Positions 1 to 12,175 of a DNA stretch of 64,000 bases are shown in pieces. Below the pieces are notes generated by a model, which worked only from the letters and a program-made list of their open reading frames with translations, did not search any database and had not been told where the DNA came from. A program made the position numbers and the translations under genes. This DNA comes from Vicugna vicugna (Eukaryota), in contig MU058384.1 of assembly GCA_013265495.1 (NCBI GenBank), forward strand, positions 4,894,792 through 4,958,791, read 5' to 3'. Every line of letters begins with the position of its first letter. Within the stretch, counting starts at the first letter, position 1.

Positions 1-2391
1 TGTCATCCTCTTCTGGAAGCCACAGACCTGCCATTCTGCAAACTTAGAGCACAGAGACATACAGAAACGATCACTGCTCCAGCTCCCTCCAATCCAGAGA
101 AAGAAAAAAATGTAGTTTTTTTGGCCAAAGTAGATTTTCGTATGTAGTGATAACTTCTTTGTCAGTTCATATCGGTGTCAAAGAATGATCCTCTCTTAAC
201 TTGATGTGTATAAATTGATGCAGATGTTAAGTGGCTGGTGTTGAGGATGGACCTCAGTAAACAGGCTCCTTCTTACTGAGGGGGTGGAGATTTTGCCCCT
301 AAAAAGTGAAATCAACATTATGTCTGTGTCCTCAGCCTTGCCCGTTTCCTTTGGAAGGTCAGAGCTCAGACTACAAACAGGAGGAACCACAGGGGCCTGG
401 GAACCTCGAATCTGGAAGTGTTCATGAGAAGGGAAAAGTTGCAAGTGATAAAGAATAGGATCTGTCCTGCTTGGTGGAAGCAGAGGTGAGGAACCAGGCA
501 GGCCAGGGGCAGTGCTTCCAGCCCAGTTACCAACGGGCTGCCTGCAAACACTTGATGTTCTTTGTATTTTCTCCAGTGATTGTCTTTCCCTTTATCCTTG
601 CTATTGAAAATGTACCCTATCCAGAGGACCTCAGAAGTTTGTTGCTTGGGCCTAAGTTTTAGGGAAAAAAGCAACCACAGAAGCCCAACTGAATAACCCA
701 AGGGAAAAGTGAACAAGAGCCAGTGTAGAAATGGTTCCATATCCTCCCACTCTTCTCCACTGGAAAAGCTCTTTTCAGAGTCCTTCTGTGTAAAACTGGA
801 AATGGGAGACAGAGGGAGAGATGAAAACATAAAAACAAAGACCCTTTTTTCACACACCACAGTTAAGGAACATGTCCAGGATCACAGAATCCAGGGGCAG
901 CCCCTTGCCTCCTACTTCTGATTCTCCTCTTCCTACTGCTCTTTACCAGGTTACATTTTCACTCTTTAATTAGGGTGTATTATTACACCCTAACTCTGAA
1001 AAAGTCCTAAATTTTCTCTACCTCTGACATAACTAAAAGTAAATGTCCCATATAGAGCATGGTCTGCATTCAGGTAAGTTCACCTTTAGAACTGGCTTAT
1101 TGCCAGTGATGAATCTGAATAAGTGAAGGCTGAAAGTAGGAAAACATGTAAACGAGGTGACATCAGAGACTTCTCGGTGCATGCATGGTCAGGTGGTTTT
1201 CTTTGATTGTTGGTTTTTCACTATATTGACAACTGGATGCTGATAGGGACTGATTCTTGTTAACATATCAATAGCAGGCTTTACTGACTACTTGCCTAAA
1301 TATATTTTTATAACTCAGCATCATCAATAGTTTTAACACTTACCCTGTTTTTTTCAAAGTGTTGTGATCACATCAGTTATTCACCAGCTAATCCCTGAAA
1401 GTCGGGCGTTGGACAGGGGCTGGGTGAACGGTCGGACCCGGCGCCTCAACTCTTCCACTCTGGGTTTCACCTTGAAATTGTCATGTGTGTATTGCCACTA
1501 TCACCCCACAGTGCTTTTCAGAGGACCCCACACACACACATTACTAACCTTGAGCCTCATAACAATCTTTGTTAAGCCAAAGGGGCATTAGTCCCCCATT
1601 TTTCAAACCAATCACAAGGAGGTAAGTCGACTCGCCCAACAACAATTGGTCAGAGTCCAGCCATCCTCCTGCCAGGGCTATGCTCTTTCCAACGAGGAAT
1701 ACTCTTCACTAACATCTGAAAAATGAGGAAATAAGCTCTATGGAAAGCCAATGGATGTCCCCTGTACAGGGGCAACATTACTTAATAATACTAATTTAGC
1801 CACGTGTCTTTTCAGATCAGCTCATGATCTTCTGTGGTCAGCTATAAAGTGTTTGTGTTTTTGCTGCTGTCCTGTATCTTAAAGTATTTCTTACATACAA
1901 GAACTTCAAATGTGAAGGTATAACAGAGTCCAAATAAGAGCATGTGAAAAAAATGTTTTTATTGTGATTTGTAGGTGGAAGAGAAAAGAGACGTGCAGAA
2001 AACACCAGAGTCCCTTTTCTAAAGCCTTTTCATGAACCAAGTAAAACTAAATCATTTCATGCATGGTCTATTCAAGCTAAATGGTTATTGTTCAAGTTAC
2101 CAAATAAATTACATTTTCTGTTAAAGAGTTATAAATTCCCATTTGACGTAAAACTTTATTAGGTGAACTAACTTGGAGGTACCGCAGCATTTTTCCTAAA
2201 ATGCAAACCCGACCACCGTCACACCCTGTTTAAAACTCTTCATGGGGCCCCACCTACTATCACTGAATCCATTGAGCTTTTCCCATTTGCTTAAGAATAA
2301 TTCCTATAAATCCAGTCCTCTCTGACATCACAGGAAACTCTCAAATGAAATTTAGTCATCTCAGAAGTGACAGCAGAAGTAAGAAAGTTGG

Positions 2392-2814
2392 CCCGCCCAG
2401 GCGGAACGATAGGGCAGCGCCGCGAAAGCCTCGGTAGGCCTCGGTAGGCCTCGGAAGGCCTCGGAAGGCCTCGGAAGCCTCGGTAGGCCTCGGAAGCCTC
2501 GGTAGGCCTCAGATAGCCGGTCCCCCGCTGTCCCCGCCGGCGCGCCCCCGCCTCGCGTCGGGACAGGGGTCCAGTGCGGAGAGCCCTTCGTCCTGGGACA
2601 CGGGGCGCGGCCGGAAAGGCGGCCGCCCCCTCGCCCGTCAAGCATCGCACGTTCGTGGGGAACCTGGTGCTAAACCATTCGTAGACGACCTGCTTCTGGG
2701 TCGGGGTTGCGTAGGTAGCAGAGCAGCTCCCTGGCTGCGATCTATTGAAAGTCCGCCCTCTACACAAGGGTTTGTGAAAAAAAACAAAAAAAGAAAAAAA
2801 ACAGAAAAAAAAAA
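2392..2814 (+). pseudogene. Retroposed 3' end of 28S rRNA (SINE28-like) with A-rich tail
   Basis: cccgcccaggcggaacgat...ctaaaccattcgtagacgacctgcttctgggtcgggg...ctattgaaagtc...cacaagggtttgt matches the mammalian 28S 3' terminus; A-rich tail 2777-2814; perfect 17-bp TSD agaagtaagaaagttgg at 2375-2391 and 2815-2831. Confidence 0.95.
2428..2516 (+). repeat. Tandem repeat, 9 units of GCCTCGG(T/A)A(G), 9-11 bp each, inside the 28S retrocopy
   Basis: Units start at 2428, 2438, 2448, 2458, 2468, 2477, 2487, 2496 and 2506. Confidence 0.95.
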
Positions 2815-3432
2815 AGAAGTAAGAAAGTTGGTTGACGTCTGAAAGTCCAGACAACTGAGCACAGCGAAGGCTTCCATGATCTGTCTCCTCTGCGCATCCG
2901 TTTCGTGACTGCATGTGGAGGCCCTCTGGTCCCACTGCCGGGAGACCATGCCTCCAAGGGTCATTGCTGCTTCTAGCCCTTGACTTGTTCTCTTGACTTG
3001 AAGATACCTTTTCCCAAAGCATCTGCCAAATATATTTCTATTCAGGTTTCATCTCAAATATCACATGCACTAGGATTCCTTTCCTAATTACTAACAATAG
3101 GTAATTGTGCTCTCATACAATGTCAATAAAAACACTGAGCACATGGCACTGAAACTGACAATCTATTGATTAATGTACTATTTAACATTAATGCATAACT
3201 TACCAATCATTGTATTACTTAATATTCCTTGTGTGCCTGAGATAATTCTTTTTTATTGAAATATAGTTGTCATATATGTAACATATATATCATTGTTTTA
3301 TGTACATATTCTTAAAAATCTTTGCTTGTGCTCCACATCACAGGATGTTCTCAAGTGGAATTTAGTCTTTTTAAAAGTCTTAAATGCCCAGTAAGAATAG
3401 GGACTTGATGAACAAATCTAAGATGTCATTAG

Positions 3433-3545
3433 AACTTTACTTTTTTTTTTTAAATTGAAGTACAGTCAGCTTATAATGTGTCAATTTCTGGTGTACAGCA
3501 CAATGCTTCAGTCATACGTGAATATACATATATTCGTTTTCATAT
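3433..3545 (-). mobile_element. Short 5'-truncated young L1 3' end
   Basis: Poly-T followed by aaattgaagtacagtcag...gtgtcaatttctggtgtacagca, the reverse complement of the end of the L1 at 12176-13084; flanking direct repeat taagatgtcattag at 3419-3432 and 3546-3559. Confidence 0.85.
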
Positions 3546-4889
3546 TAAGATGTCATTAGTCATTCTGCAACACCTTTCCATGGTCACAGCTGTCTTTTGT
3601 CTTTTTTCATTCTCTCTTCACTTTCTCCCAGTCTCCCCTTTTCTTCTTTTTTTCTGGCTCACTTTTTCCTTCTTCTCTGTCTGATACCAGCCAGTGACTT
3701 TCACCGAACTCAACATTAAACCATTAAAACCATCACTGATGGCCATCTCATTCTGCTTCTGAAACTAGGGGATCCAGGATGGAGGCTCCATCCCAGCAGT
3801 GGCTTTGTACCTCCTGCTCAAGCCCCCAGTGCACAGGGAGCAACCCTTTATTTACATAAAAACACAATCTTTTAATGTGGATGTAATCTTCCTTTCATGT
3901 CTTTCACTTTTTTTATTGAGGCAAATTATCCCGAAGATTAAATCCGATTTGCATAATATTTTGCATTCCCATTCATCTGAGGATAAAAATCCTTCAAAAG
4001 CTTTCTAAGGTTGGTATATCTGAACCCTACTGCCTGTGGATCTGATATCATTACCACTCTTTTCTTAAAATTTCAGTAGTTTCTGGAGAAAAAATTTCCC
4101 TAGATTCATAAACGAAGTCCACAGTATCTCTATGCCCGAGTCGAAGCATCTAATTTTAAGGATTCACTGTTTCATGTTATGAATTTCTATGCCAGTAAGT
4201 GAATCTAGTCATTTCCATCCCCTATTCTTTTTCATCTTAAAAAAAAAAAAATCTAAAAGCTTCAAACAGCCCTTTGTTCAACAAGCAAGCCCAGTATCCA
4301 GCCCAGCAATGTTTACATTAGAAGTTTCAGGAGCCCCTCCCCAAACCCCCGAGGCAGAGGTGTACCAATCACACACAGACCTGGCTGCCTGGAGAGGAGA
4401 CACGGGGCTCGACATTTGTTGGCTTGGGTTCGTTCAGCTAAGTCAGGTCCACCAATGGTCATGACACTTTGCACTCAGGTTTCTGCGTGACTGATGTTCG
4501 AGATGTTACTGAACACCCTTAACTTTTACTCCTGATGTGCTTTCAACTTTGGATCTTCTAATTCTCCTTAGGATTAGTGGAACTTCTCCTGAATGTAAAC
4601 ATTCGTCTGGTCAGCTTCTTGAGAATGCAGGCCATTGTGGGTAACCTTGCTGTGACACTCACTCTTCACAGCCAGGGAAATGTGATTTTTGACATTTATC
4701 CTATTAAATAAATCACTCTTCAGCACTAGCAGATCATTCTACTCAAAAATTTAACCCTTTTAGTAGGCTGTAGCCATTAAATTCATACCAAAAAAACAAA
4801 AAGATTATTCTGTTTCATTTTGTCCTATGCACAATCATAATTTAGCAGGGAAAGGAAAGTATTTATTATTACAGTTATTCATGATTAGA

Positions 4890-5160
4890 CACTAATCATA
4901 GCTACCTTATGCTGAGCACAGGCTAAGTACTGGGCTTCTCATTGGGGCTTTGTATGTATTATTATCTCACTTAATTTTCAAAATAAGCTTACAAGGTAGA
5001 TATTATTATTGTTACTCCCATGTGAAAACAAAACAAAGACCCTGAAGTTCAGAAAGGTACAGCTTTGTGTTGGAGATTGCACACCTTGTTACTTGGGATG
5101 TCAGAATTTAGATCTCTGGCTTTTCTGACTCCAAAATTCCCCTCTTAATTATTACATTAC
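4890..5160 (-). mobile_element. MIR SINE remnant
   Basis: MIR-like core (attatctcacttaattttca...aggtagatattattat...gaagttcagaaagg); boundaries approximate. Confidence 0.6.
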
Positions 5161-8100
5161 TGCCCCTGAGTTTGTCAAACTACAGACTGTATTTTCTTTT
5201 TAAATGAAATGGCTTCTTTTTAAAATGCGTTTTGCCCTTAGAGTTGACAGAAAGTGACTTTCTATTATTTAAAAAATGAATAAAGAAGTTAAACATTTAG
5301 TATTTTCCAAATTTCTAATGCCTTTTGCAGAATAATCTTCAACAAAATAGCTGCATCAAAGATGAATCTCAGAGTTTCACATGGCCCCAAAATATTCATA
5401 TCAGCCTTTAGCACTTCAGTAAAATGTTTTATTTCCAATCTTCATAGACTACAGAGATATCCTGGTCCAAAAGGAATGAGTAACAAAAGACCATCACCAA
5501 TGCATTTCACATCCTTGTGGGAACTGTGTCTATTGGGGTTGCTTTTGGGGTAAAGAAGAGGTTTGTGTAAGATCTTCCTTCTTGAGTTTCCTCATTTGTC
5601 CCCTTTGTCCATCCTAAGGAGACACGGATGGCCCCTTACGTTTTGGTGACCATGTACATCATCATGACAGCCATCTCATAAGTGTTAACTTGCCTTCTGA
5701 CTGTAGCGTGACAATATCTTTTCATCATTTATTCCCAGTGTTTACTTTAGTGCCTTGTGCATAATAGGCACATTAAATACTCAACAACGCAGATCACAGG
5801 TCCAGAGGCTTATTTTCTGTATATCGGTAAGTTGAGGGAGAAATGTATGTGGGGCTATTAACAGATCATGGAAAAGATGCAGTGGTATCACACCAATCCA
5901 AATTTCTGTGCATTCTTCTATTTCTCTAGTAAATCTATTTCCTTTCCCCCTCTTCTTTTCCCTCTCACTGCCTCCCCTCCACACCTTTCCTGGCTTTTAA
6001 ACTCTTAGTTTCTCTTTATTTACAGTCAAAATTGTTTGCAGTGCCCCACCCCTTCTGGCTTCCAGCTGGTACTTGTATTTAGGTGCAAACAAAAGCAAGA
6101 CAAACACAGTTCACATCTGTACCTTGAAACAGCCTCAATTCCAGGTGGTTGAAAGGACTCTCTGGGGCACCTGAAATTCAGGTGGGGCCACAGCAGTGTT
6201 TCAAGTCCAGCCCTCCTGTAATTCCCCTTTCCTCTTGGCTGCTGGGCAGTCAAGAGCTGGGTGTGCAGAACTGATGGCTCGAGTTCTACCAGACGTCGGC
6301 CGCTGGCATGTGCAGCGGTGAGGGACAGGCTGATGCTTCAAAACGTCTTCAGTCTGCCCTTCGCTGAGGTCAAAGCCCGAGGACTTCACATGTCCACATC
6401 CGTTTCTGAAAGAGCATTTTCCTCCTGAACTGAAGGGAAAAATCCAACTTCCTATGGTTTCTCTCCAGAACTACTGTGCTGTATACGAGCCGGGGAGCCT
6501 GCCCTCTGGGACCAGGTGCGCTCAGCTATTCCACGCCAGGTGGGGATGCTGGGTGGGTCCTGATTCTTCCTCTCTCTGCTCCCTAGGACCTTGCAGTGCC
6601 CGTGGACCTCAGCGCATGTCCACACTGCCATGACCAGCTTTCCTTGTCGCTGATTCATAGTATCAGCACAAATAATCATCTGGCCTTCATCCTGGCAAGA
6701 AGAAAAAGATGTAAAAGGTAATGTGTGCGAATAGTTAGGTATTAGCTAGCGTGCTTTCCGACTGGAGAACCAGCTAGACTGTGGCAACATTATTTCTAAC
6801 CCCACAGCTTTAACACTTTCCCAAGTGGACAAATGGACATGAATCAGAAAGGGGGTGAAGTGAAGTGGGTTTGAAAAATAAAGACATCTTCTTTGGGTGT
6901 TTGGTTTGAGTTCCTTTTGGCCAAGAAATGAAGAAAGCCTCATAACACCTTACACAACATTTCCCGTTTTCTTAATTCTACCAAAATGCTTTTATTTAGA
7001 GTTCAGTTTTTCAAATTGGCACATCAAGTAAGAAGGAAGTCCATTTCCTTATGGCAGGGCTGAACGAAAGGCCCAGGAGGAAAACCTCTGCAGAATCTTT
7101 ATTCCCAGCACTAGGGGAAAAAATTTACAAGATGTATTCGAAACTTCAAAGCGAGCCCCTCCCTACACACGCCTCCCCCTTGCGTGGGTGTTTCCTTCAC
7201 CCCACCACCACCAGTGTTGGTTTTTCTGTGAGCATAATTGTGCTTTTGTCTTGGAGTTGGCTCACCTCACCACACTCTAGTCTGAGATCCCCTGGCCTCA
7301 AGCCCAGGGTGGGGCTTTGCCCTCAGGACTGTAAATAATGGTAATTACCTTTACAAAGTTAAAAAAAAAATTTTTTTTTCCCCAAGGCCAAGAATATCCA
7401 AAGTCTAGAGCGTTCCCTATAACTCCTTGTGCATAAATCTGATCGAATCCGTGTGATGGTTAGAAAGAGTTTCTCCCTCTTGAGATGTCCGAAGTGAAAA
7501 GACAGTCACCAGTTCTCAGCTGCCCCGTGGCTCCCTCTGGGCCTGGGTGTTCGCCGCCTCCTGAGTCCAAATGAAAGGAGTGAATACTGAAGTGGAATTT
7601 AACATTTATTCTCACCACTCATGCAGACGTTTTTTGGGAATTGGGCCGATACAGAAGCACGTTCTGTATGCCCGCTGTAAACTCCGACGGAGTGGAGCTG
7701 GGCCACCTGACTCTAGACTGAGCTCTTTCTGAGGCTTTGCTTCCTACAGGATCTCTGTCTGCTCCACAGCACCTATTGTGCTGCTTAACTTGACACACAT
7801 CCAAGCTTTTGCCTCATTAGATTATCACCATGGCGCTGAGGCTATAATTTCTGCATAATCTTGGTGTTTTATTTCAGGCACAATCGCTAGCAGCTGTTAT
7901 CGATATCTGAGATCAAAACAATTAATGAAAATTAAAAAAAAATTCAACTCAATAGCTTTTGGCCACGTAGATATATCACGACTCATACCGAAGGTCTGAT
8001 TTATGAATGAGATAGATTGGTTTCCAGACCGCAGAGTTCCTTTGATTATTTTACTTCCAGATTAACTGGTTTGAGTGTGGAGACCAGAGCATCTGGACAG

Positions 8101-10207
8101 ATGCCCTCCACCTTGCAGGCACTCGTTTCAAAGGCCTTGTCAAGACGAGAGACAGAGTGGGAAGCTTCTCGGGCACGTGTGATAATGGGAAATTTACTGA
8201 CTCTCAAAGGAAGTATCAGAGTGGTTGGCATGTCATTTTTTCCATTCAGAAGACAAACCATTGCTCCATGGCTGTGAGAGTCATTGAGGTCATCTCTGTG
8301 CTCATGTTACAGTGCATTGCAAGCATTTAAATTATCAAGCATGTTCCTCTGTGCAGTTTCTTGTGCTAAGAGGAGAAGGTTTATAATGCACCTTCCAGAA
8401 CGTGAAGCCATCTAATCCCCAGTACCATCTCTTCATTCACAGTCTCTTTCCCTTGGCTCAGGATCCCGAGGGGCCCACCCCTGGGCTCTGGAGCCCTCCT
8501 CTGAAGTGCTAACTTGTAATCAGCAGTCACAGACCTCCCTTCTCACCGGGAGGATTCAGTGTTTGAAAAATAATTCCTCCTTTGCACCTGGCCTCCTTTC
8601 AAATGTTCAGAACCTCTTGTGGAGGTTCTGAGAGAGATCCATGCAGCCCTCATGATGCGCGCTCATTTGCTTGTTAAAGATTGCCGCTGTCACCATGTGA
8701 CCCCTCGATCCATCCACCATGCAAGTTCCAAAGCCTGCCAGAGAGAGCACCATGCAGATGGCTGGCTGTCTGGACTCTACACAAATTCAACCCCTCTGGG
8801 GGGACTCCCCAGGTGGCAAATGTCCTTGTGCACAACTATGCAAGGTAACTGCACATGTGATGCAGTGGGAGTTGCTGGGGGTAAAACACACCCACCAGCA
8901 CAGAGCTGCTGAGGCGAGGCCATCTCATTCACCATCTTTGGAAATTTTAAAACTGGGTTGCATGACAGTGTCTCTTCTCTCTGCTGCGTGGTATCTAAAA
9001 TAACTTGTTTGATGGTGATGGAAAAAAGCTGAGGGCGAACAGGAATTGGTTTTCTAGGTCAGGTACTTTACTGAACACCTAGAGAATCCAGCACCTAACA
9101 TCGCCCCCATTCTAGAGGCACAGCCATCAAGCACCGTCTCTCTCCGTGTCTGTCGATACAAAAGGAGTGTCTCAGCCTTGGCATCAAAGCCAGAGAGGTT
9201 GAGGGACAATTTTTGAAAACTGGTCTGAAAGTGTTTAGTTCTGTCTTTCATTGAAGGTAACACTGGTTTGAAGTACGGTTGCCATTCATTTGCGTTGAGT
9301 TTCTTTAGAATAGACAGAGGGGTAGGAATTGTTTGCTCAACTAGGAGATTTGACTCTGGTTCATCTAGGAGGAAAAAGGGTTAAGTCCTCTGGGTAAAAC
9401 ATTGTCAATCACTAGTGACTGCCACCAAGATGAAAAACAAGCTGCACCTGTACATGGGCAATTTAAGAGATTCTGGTCAGCTATTTTTCTCTGCTGCTTT
9501 GTTCTGCCAGCTGCCTCTGCTTTGGATGCAGGTGGAAGCATGGACTTTGCTATCTATAAAAAAAATTTAATGGTGAAGATCAACTTCCGCTTCACCTCCC
9601 CAGGGATCAAAGTTTGGGGGCTCTTTTTTTTTTTTCTTTTCCTGAAAGACTAGTAGAGCAAAGCTCAGATCAGACAATGGGTATGTTGTTGAGAAGCCCG
9701 TTCTCCCCCAGGGAAGTAGCAGGAGATCTTTGGTGGGTTCTTTTTTTTTTTTTTTCCTTCCCAATTTGAAGGAAATAATGGAAGCAGAGAGATGCGTGCC
9801 TCCAGAGGGTGAGGTCAGGCATCTGCTGAGAGGAGGGCTGGGGAATGACAGCTCGGGGAGCCTCGTGACCGCCACTGCGTTTACAGTCAGCCGCCATCGC
9901 GAGCCACACGGGGAGCGGGCGGAGGCGACGTGGGGGAGACAGGCTCCGTGCCTGCCAGCGCGAGAGATGTGCTTCCGCGCAGCCTCCTCTCCGTGAAAGC
10001 GAGTGTCACAAATCTTACGTGGGTCAGATCACTTTCCTTTACACAATCAATGACCGGTAAAATGCGTAAGTAGAAAAGAAGCTTAAAAATCTAACGCTCT
10101 GGATTAACGAGTACAAGAAACTTGAAGTGACGTGCCGCACCAATTTTAATTCAACATTTATTGCTACCACATATCAGGCACCAAATTAGTTATGGGACAT
10201 ACAGGGG

Positions 10208-10580
10208 TTGTTATGCGCTGAATTGTGTCTCCCCCAAATTCATATGTTAAAGTCCCAACACCCACCACTGTATTTGGAGATGAGTCTTTAAAGAGGTAGT
10301 TAGGTTAAAATGAGGCCATTAGGGTGAGTGCTAATTAAGTCTGACTGGGGTCTTCAGAAGAAGAAGAAATTTGGACACACAAGGAGACACCAGGGGCTCG
10401 TACACAGAGGAGAGGCCAGGGGAGAACACAGCCAGAAGCCAGCCATCTGCAAGCCAAGCGGAGAGGCTGGCACCTTGCTCTTGGACCTCCAGCCTCCAGA
10501 ACTGTGGGAAAGTAAATTTCTGTTGCTTAAGCCACCCGGCCTGTGGCGTGTTGCGATGGTAGCCCAAGCAGATGGTTACG
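10208..10580 (+). mobile_element. MaLR LTR (MLT1A/B/C-like)
   Basis: ctgaattgtgtctcccccaaattcatatgtt...gtatttggagat...ccagcctccagaactgtg...taaatttctgttgcttaagccaccc. Confidence 0.85.
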
Positions 10581-11625
10581 GCAGCGAGACAGACATGGTC
10601 CAAGACCTCACAGTCTCACGTCCATTAAGCAAAGGGGAAAATGACCAGTGGCACTTTTAAACACAACCTCGAGAGCCAGGCTCAGTAAAAGAGCCAGGAC
10701 CAGGAATTCCAGCGAATCTCTGGACATATTTCATTATGACACACACGGCCATCACCCTTTATATGGGAATTAAGGGTTAAACAAATTACGACTTGGCTTC
10801 AACAAGAGAAAGCAAGACATCCTGCACTGATCATGTGGTGGGGGAAGGAGGAAATCTAACAGATCTGACCTAAAAGGTTAAATGGAAAAGAAGCATGTGG
10901 CTAAACGCACATCACGTGCAGATGTATCACAAAAGCGTGGGCTGCAACATCGCCAGCAGAAGCAAAGGAAATCTGAATATTTTTATAATCACTACACAGG
11001 CGCTTATTTTAGATTGTTTTCTTAAAAGTTGTTAGTTTTTTTTTTTTAACCTCACTGCACTGTATTTATTGGCTCAAAGGAAGCATAACATAAGATAAAA
11101 ATACAGAAGCAGCTATCTGGAGTGCAACAGGTTAAAACAGAGCTGAAAATAGCTCCCAGGCATGTCATATGGTCGGCTGACTATTTAATCCTCTGACATG
11201 TAAGAGAAATGGAAGTGTTCTCGCCTGCATATCTACCAACTGTCCACGAAGCTTTACTGTCCTCGGGGTTTTGAGCATGGTGACTGGGAGACTGAATTTA
11301 GTATCCCACTGAAAAGCCCAAAGCTCCCCTATGCTGACTGGACAAAACTGTGACAGAATGTGCAATTCCTGTTGTGTGGGTGACATGCTCATCATATGTT
11401 CAGATATTGTGATTCTGTCCAGACAGGCCAAAGACCCCTGTGCGTGTAGATACGGAAGTAGGTAGGGTCTCAGATAAAGGGAGAGGTCACTTACTGGGAT
11501 GGTTGTCAAAACACCACCAGAACCCTGACGGAGGTGGGGAGACTTCAGGCTGGAATCCAGAATCAAGGTCTAATGGAAAGACCTTATGCAGGTGGCAGAA
11601 TCAAAACCTCTTTCTTGGCCTTAAG

Positions 11626-11814
11626 TAGGGTTGCAAGATGAAATAGGACCTGCCAGTCAAATCTGAATTACACGTAAACAATAAAAAACATTTTCATCAT
11701 AATTACGTTTCATGCGATATTTGAAACGTGATATGGAAACATAAAACTTTTTTTGTTATCCCTCTAAATTCAAATGTAACTGAGCTTATTTTACTTGCTA
11801 GATCTGGCCATGCT
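11626..11814. mobile_element. MER53-like hAT DNA transposon (palindromic MITE)
   Basis: Starts tagggttgcaagatgaaatagg...cagtcaaatctgaatt and ends aattcaaatgtaactga...gctagatctggcca; the two ends are inverted repeats. Confidence 0.75.
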
Positions 11815-12175
11815 GTCTTAATGGCAAGCACTAGCTTCAGTGTGGATGGTCCCCGTCTGCGGAGCTAAGACTAGAGCTGGGTCATGTCATCTGGGAAAAT
11901 GTGCCCATCTTTCAGGGATGGAACTGAACAGACTTTCTGCACAGTATGTGGCGCCAGCGCTAGCAGGTCTAGAAAGATGAGAAAATGATGCAGCATAAAT
12001 CTGACAGCTTACTCTTTCCAAATTCTCCTGGCCTACTAGTCTCTTCTACTCCCTTAGCACTGAACGCATCTTCAGGAATTCCCAGGCCTGTGAATTCTCA
12101 GCTGTGCCAAGGTGAGAAACCTAAGGAAAGAATTTAAAACCATACTTTGGCAGGAGCATTAAAACTATATCACAG

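Noticed and set aside
366..860. 164-aa ORF
   Set aside because: No recognisable homology or exon structure; consistent with a chance ORF.
2428..2516. CRISPR-like array
   Set aside because: Units are directly adjacent with no spacers, and the context is mammalian.
2392..2776. Functional rRNA gene
   Set aside because: Only the 3' fragment is present, with poly(A) and TSD and no rDNA unit context.
2291..3022. 243-aa ORF on the minus strand and its overlapping ORFs
   Set aside because: It is the antisense reading of the GC-rich 28S retrocopy, its tandem array and its A tail (poly-Phe); not a protein gene.
1..3200. AHI1 terminal exon or 3'UTR, expected on this side by synteny
   Set aside because: I could not recognise AHI1 coding sequence or a supported terminal exon; it probably lies outside the window. 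Needs an alignment.
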